A stretch of DNA of 64,000 bases from NCBI GenBank assembly GCA_030141605.1, contig JAQGDQ010002379.1, positions 124,001-188,000 of the forward strand, read 5' to 3'. A program made the position numbers and the translations under genes. Shown here piece by piece: positions 58,174 through 64,000 of the stretch (position 1 is its first letter; every line of letters begins with the position of its first letter). The DNA is from Tubiluchus corallicola. Taxonomy: Eukaryota; Animalia; Priapulida. The notes beneath the pieces were generated by a model. It saw only the letters and a list, made by a program, of their open reading frames with translations, ran no database searches and was not told the DNA's origin.

Positions 58174-61029
58174 AAGAAAAGCAAGGCCCTCTAGGAAGTT
58201 GGGCTTATTTCAAAAATGTTAGAAAGATTTAGTAATAAAATTGCTATAAGTGCTTCGTGTAATTAGTAAAATCTCCTTAAAATCGCGATCATTTCACGGT
58301 TGGGCGCTGCTATTTTTAAGGCCTGTTCTTCCCCTAATGACATCGTTCATCAAAAGCAGCCCACTCTTATTTGCCGTCAAAACTGTAAGTTTTCATAAAA
58401 AATTATACAGCTAATTTTTTGATATTTTTGTTCGAACATTAGGTATGCTGCAGAAGCTTGAATTAGTTTATGCAGCGCGTGCTTACGGAAACTTACGATG
58501 CGCTTACGAAAAGTCACGAAGTCCACCAGTTACGCCACAATTTCAAGTGAACGGTGGCAACCACCGCGCCGGAAAATTTCAAATAAAGCGAAAGTAAAAA
58601 TTAACTTTATGCTTTATAGACAATTTTTGCAATTTTACTTCTTATATTTTTCTACATTTAGGTGATAGCAGTAAAATAAACCCAACATGCTAAGTGACTT
58701 GTCATTTCTTTAAAGAAAATAAGCCTAAAGGTAAAGACGAATGATGAAATATGCTTAGCTTTAGCAGGCAGCAACTTTCTTACACAAACTGTCACTAATA
58801 ACATGTATTGTTATGGTCACAGCAGCCCCGAGCATTTCCTTTATTCGAGATTTAGTAAACTTCAGCGTTTCTTACGTCTGTTGAAAAGTGCAGATCGAAA
58901 TCCATTACGCTTGTTTGATGCTTCAGCGGTGTGCCTTTTCTAATTCACTTATCAGTCTGAAGCAGCGGAAATAAATTATGAGGAAAAGTTTACGCGGTGT
59001 GACGACACAATTACAGAGTGAGTCCACAGAATGGTGATGCTGCGGTCAGTGATTCCCAGTCGTCCAAATATTTTTCTTGAAACAACCGGTGATTTTCACT
59101 GAGTTGGTTGTTCTGAGATGAGGGAAGCAGAACAGCCGAGTGGCCACGGCGTGTACTTCGCGAGCAAGGCTAAGCCACGCCAGGCAGATGAATCAATCAC
59201 TTGTGACCGCTTGTGTTCCATACTCTCTCTTGGCGGTTTCATTGGCCATACGAACTGTGGATGTTTACGTTCGAAGACTAGACGATTTGAGTGCAGTGAG
59301 ATGCAGCCCCAGCCGATTCAGTCCAACCTCATCCTAGCAGGTTAACTTCGTAATGAGTCACAAGGTGCAGAACGGTATAAAAAATAAAATACTCTTGGTA
59401 AAATGGCAAAAGGCAAGAAGGTCTCAGCTGGCTTTGAACCAGGTGTCTTCAGGTACACAGGTACTGTTCTTGCTGTCATCGCGTAATTTTCGTTGATTTA
59501 AAAGTGAACTCGGTAGAACTGAGAAACTTTGGCCCACCTTACAGTGAGGAGCATTCCTTGGGGCATTCCTCATGGAACACATTGTTTTTTATGGCGCATT
59601 TCATACAGACGTCTCATGTGGAAATCAGATAAAAAAGTTTGGGATTCGTGAAAACAGTACGGATAGCAATCGCAGCACGAGTGGACCATTTGTGTGGCAA
59701 GTTAACCCCGTAGTTTAAGAAAAAACGAAACCAAAACCAGGTTTTGTTTAATTTTCTGCATTCTGAGTAAAACGTTCAAATTTTTGATTTTTACAAAAAC
59801 ATTGGCCTATGAACGTTTTAAACTGAATTCACTTTTTTTAGGAATGGTAGCCTATTTAAAAATGTACAACATAAATATTATTTTTGCCTAAAAGAAACGT
59901 CAATATGTGTACTTAGTTATACTTATAAAGCTTTTTCATAATATATTTACTTTTAGTCTAAGTATCATGATGTAGCCAACATTGTTACAATTGTGTTTTT
60001 GAAAGCGTCATTTTCCTTGCGTCCTCAGTGTGAAGTGGGCCTTAGGAATTTATGTTCACCACGATCAGTGTTCTATTTTTTCGTTTTTGTAGTTGTTGCT
60101 ATGGTCACGTTGTTGTCGTCATTGTCATCATCATCGTCATCGTCATCGGAGCCTTTCAGACGTTTAGACACTACAGAAAGCAACATCATTTATGGTGCTC
60201 TCAAACTACACATATTGGTAAAGGGGTAAAGTTGCACAGTTCACATCATGCCGAGATATTTTTGGTTTGAACTTGTCGTAAGTCGATAGATTGACGAACA
60301 AGAACGAAGACAACTCCTATAGAAAGCGAATACAGCCGCCAGCGGCAATCTAGGATAAATATCCCCTTGGAATCACTTAAGCGAGCGCCGAAGTAACGCG
60401 CTCAGTAATATTTATTTTGGGCAATACATTTTAGCTTGTAATTAGCTGTTTCAAAAATGCCATCTGCAATCGTAATATAAGATAATACTGTAATTAAAAA
60501 TGTAACATACGTATTTTGTGGAATACGTATACATTAGTGCTGGATCCTGCATGCAATAGCCGCTGCTACAAAGTATGAGAAGCATTTTCATGCACTAATT
60601 TAAAAATGTGGTAAAGGCATGCTTATTATTCGTAATATATAATGCAGTGCCAGTGCTATACATGTATAAATAACAACCAAACGTACCCATTGCAGCAGAA
60701 AGCGGTAACTTGCAGACGGTGTACAACCATAATCTCATTGTCCAGGTAAAATAAAAAAAATCTGGAGCCATCCACAAACGCACGTCGAACAGCAATAAAA
60801 ACCGAGGGTAGAAAAAAGGAATGCAAACCAAAGCAATAGAAAGCACATAAGCACGAAACAGGTGCGAGCCACAACATCTAGATTAAAATGCGAAAAATTG
60901 TAGCATGTTCTGAAAAACTTGTAGGGGCTTTGTGACAGATATTTAACTATGGTGCAGGCTGTGTGTTTTTGCACCATCACAATTTTAAAAAGATGTAAAA
61001 TAACCACATTTTAAAGTATATCACACTTA

Positions 61030-61155
61030 ATACGCAGGATACAAACGGAGGTGTACCACAAGGATCCACTGTAGGACAACTGCTTTTTCTTAGCTACATC
61101 AATGATCTCTTTCTTATTACTGATTTCAGTACATATCTTTTTGCTGATGACAGAC
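61030..61155 (+). mobile_element. Short CR1-like RT remnant
   Basis: Translates to GVPQGSTVGQLLFLSYINDL...YLFADD. Confidence 0.7.
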
Positions 61156-64000
61156 CCCTTAATCAAATCCATCCACTAATTCATTTCAGTTCCAACATCA
61201 CAATAACAGAGAGCTAACTGGATAGAAGCATACAAATTATCAGCTAATTACACCAAAATTAAATATATGATACTAATAAGCAGCAAAGGATGTCTCTATT
61301 GGTGATCGCAAGATGTAAGGCATTCGCAGTACGGAGCACAAAAATAATTGGGAACAGATGCCCCTGTACGGTAAGTAGGTGTTTGTCAGGTGATGGATTG
61401 ACTTCAAAGCCTTAAATACAGTCAGTTAACTTACGATCTTATACAACTTACGTGCCCTCTTGGCTGGTTGCTCGTTGTAACTAAATTATCACTAAGCCCC
61501 CGGTTCATTTGTTCATGCTATGTTTCAGTTTATTGCTTTCTTGCCTGCTTTATAAAACCTATGCGAGCGAATGCAGTAATAAGAAGCAAAAAAATTTGCG
61601 TTTTGCCAAAAATAGCTGAACTAGCAGTGCTGAGCTATATGTAATAGCTTTTTATAGTAGCTATTTAAAACGCAAAATTCGCCCACATAAATGGGTCACT
61701 GCAAAATTTTATACAAGGTGTCTAAAAAGTCAGTTTTGTAATTTTCGTGTAATTTAAGCAGGATTTCAAGTTTCTAAAAGTAGCAATAAATTACTCAGGA
61801 TCTTCGTTGGCTTCAAGCTACAACCAAAGAGCGTGGACAAAAGAAGCTCGATTCTAAATTCAGCAAGATTGGTGGATACTGTTTGACAGAAAACTGAATT
61901 ACCTGAAGAAAATTAAATTGCGTGAGGAATGGTAACGAAATCAAGTCTCTTCATACGCCAGAAATTATTGTGAAACGAAAATTTTCCAATAAAAATCAAG
62001 ACGAGTTGATTCCACGACAGAATGGTATTTGGTCAATATTAGCTTTTTGTTGAACTGAGCTGTTTTGTTTTGCTTAAGTTATGCTGTTTAACATAAACAG
62101 GCTTTTCCACTGTTTTTTGGTACTCCAAAAATTTATAGCAACAATAGCTATTGTGATGACTTGCAATAGCTATTATACTAAAACTAACGCTTTATACACC
62201 GTGTATGCATAGCTATAATGAAACCTAAAGGTAAGAATAACAGGGTAGTAATCATTGCGCACATCAAAGTCATCCATAAAAGAAAGACCTATTATAACGT
62301 AGGTCAGAAAAGTATTGTACACATACTTAAAAGTGCAATAGAAGTAATCTTGGCAGGTTATACTGAAAGGTGCTAATAGTTATTATTATAAAATACTATT
62401 AAATGATATTTTATAATATCATATATATATAATATAATATCGTCTTTGTTTGTTATTGTTTAGGTCATTAATTAAGTCTTGTCCATGTTGAGCTTAGCTC
62501 ATAAGTTAATTTCTTCTACTACGCTCATAGCACTGCAATGCAATGTTAATTTGTAATTGTATAACTTTTGTATTGTGCTAAATTGATGAATAAATTAATC
62601 TAAATCTAAATATGTTTTATAAACGTACAGGTTAACCAACTAAAGTAGGTCCCCACTGGAGAGTGCTACGACACTCGTAGATTATTTCTACTAATGCCAT
62701 CATGCATCAGGGATTTGTAAATTTAAATTTACAGTTTGCTGTAAAAATATAGTCAACCATTGGGACAATGAGCAACTGAGCTGTATATACTTCTAGGCAC
62801 GTGTAAGTGAAATAAACTGGGAACCATTAAAGTTTTTGCTCCTCTGTGTGTGTGTGTGTACTGTAGACAAGCATAGAAATAGAATTATCATTTTTGTGAA
62901 GCTCAGACGCTTCTGATGCAGATCTCATTTGAATTCAGAGACGTGACCGTATTTTGCAAAACAAAAAAAAACTAGCTGAAGAGTCGATACGTCGCTTAAC
63001 CAAACGTCCACAAAGCAGTCAGTTGTCAATACTCGTCGGTTGTAGTCACACTGTAAGTTCCAATATATACTAAAATTATCATCGTCGTCGTCGTCGTCGC
63101 CATCGTTGTCATCACCACCATCATAATCAATATTCACTACCATGTGGCACCGCAACTAACACAAACATCAACGCCAACAACACTATCATTGCCACTAACG
63201 CCCCATGACCTTATTCAGCCACCATTTTTAATTTTGCTGTTTAAATTTTTAACACCAACGGCAGCTAGAATGTCAGCTGCATTCAGTACGATTTACTACA
63301 CGATGTTCACAATATTATAACGCTTTGTTTCACTCTCCTTTCATCAACCCTACACCTGGAGTTTAATACTTTCATCTGAACGCACTGATTATTTTAAATT
63401 ACCACACTTGTGTAAAAGATCACGTTTCTGTGACAGACTTGATTGTATGGTAAAGCGAGCGAGTCATCGTTTAATCATGACACCTGAGGCATGGCAGTGA
63501 TTAAAAGAATTGTCAGTAGTAGAACTAAAAATCATAATAAAGGTCATTCTCACAGAAGCACAATGGGGAAAATAATTATACTGCAAGTCTGTAATTTGAG
63601 TGAAAGTCAGATTCAAATGTAAAGATGAATGATCATTGTTATCTATGTATAGTATTAAATGTTGACTTCATGGTTGTTGATGTTGGCACAGCAGTTGCTG
63701 CTGCTGCTGCTGCTGCTGCTGCCCTACTTTTGCTGCTCCTGTTCCTGTTGTTTTTTGCTGTTACTGCCGTTGTTGCTGTTGCTGTAATATTCTGGAATTT
63801 GTGATTAAGTACGAACGTATTGCCAATGTCTAACTCGCTTTTGTACTAGAAATATTCAATCTGGGTGATGTACCAGACAGGCTGATGAAGTAGCTGTTAT
63901 TGTTGGTGTTGCTGTTGTTTCTAAAATTCTATTTCAACTGCCTTTTTATAAATTTTGACGTCATTTTATGTCACAGTTTTCTGAAATTCTGTCCCTATAA

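Noticed and set aside
60595-61007. Hydrophobic minus-strand ORFs as the missing GPCR TM1-TM2 exon
   Set aside because: They lack the GN (TM1) and NLAxxD (TM2) motifs and show no GPCR-like pattern.

Overview
AT-rich, intron-rich genomic DNA from an animal. It is most likely a protostome invertebrate, inferred from SIFamide-receptor-type GPCRs. Spliced genes rebuilt by hand from GT-AG sites and reading-frame phase: (1) the 3' half of a CYP2-clan cytochrome P450 (+, 1251-5093); (2) a complete 7-exon Wnt8 (-, 21381-10276); (3) tRNA-Ile(AAT) (-); (4) a 12-cysteine Ly6/uPAR three-finger GPI-type protein (+, 33837-36302); (5) convergent with it, an unrecognised type I membrane protein (-, 44206-38032) with a defensin/scorpion-K-toxin-like cysteine ectodomain and PY motifs in its tail; (6) two tandem, diverged but intact TM3-TM7 cassettes of a SIFamide/NPFF-type GPCR (-). 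Neither cassette has a visible TM1-TM2 exon of its own in the window, which suggests one gene making two receptors through alternative 3' cassettes. The rest is LINE fragments, MITEs, SINE-like remnants, micro- and minisatellites. All coordinates were read by eye and no searches were run.
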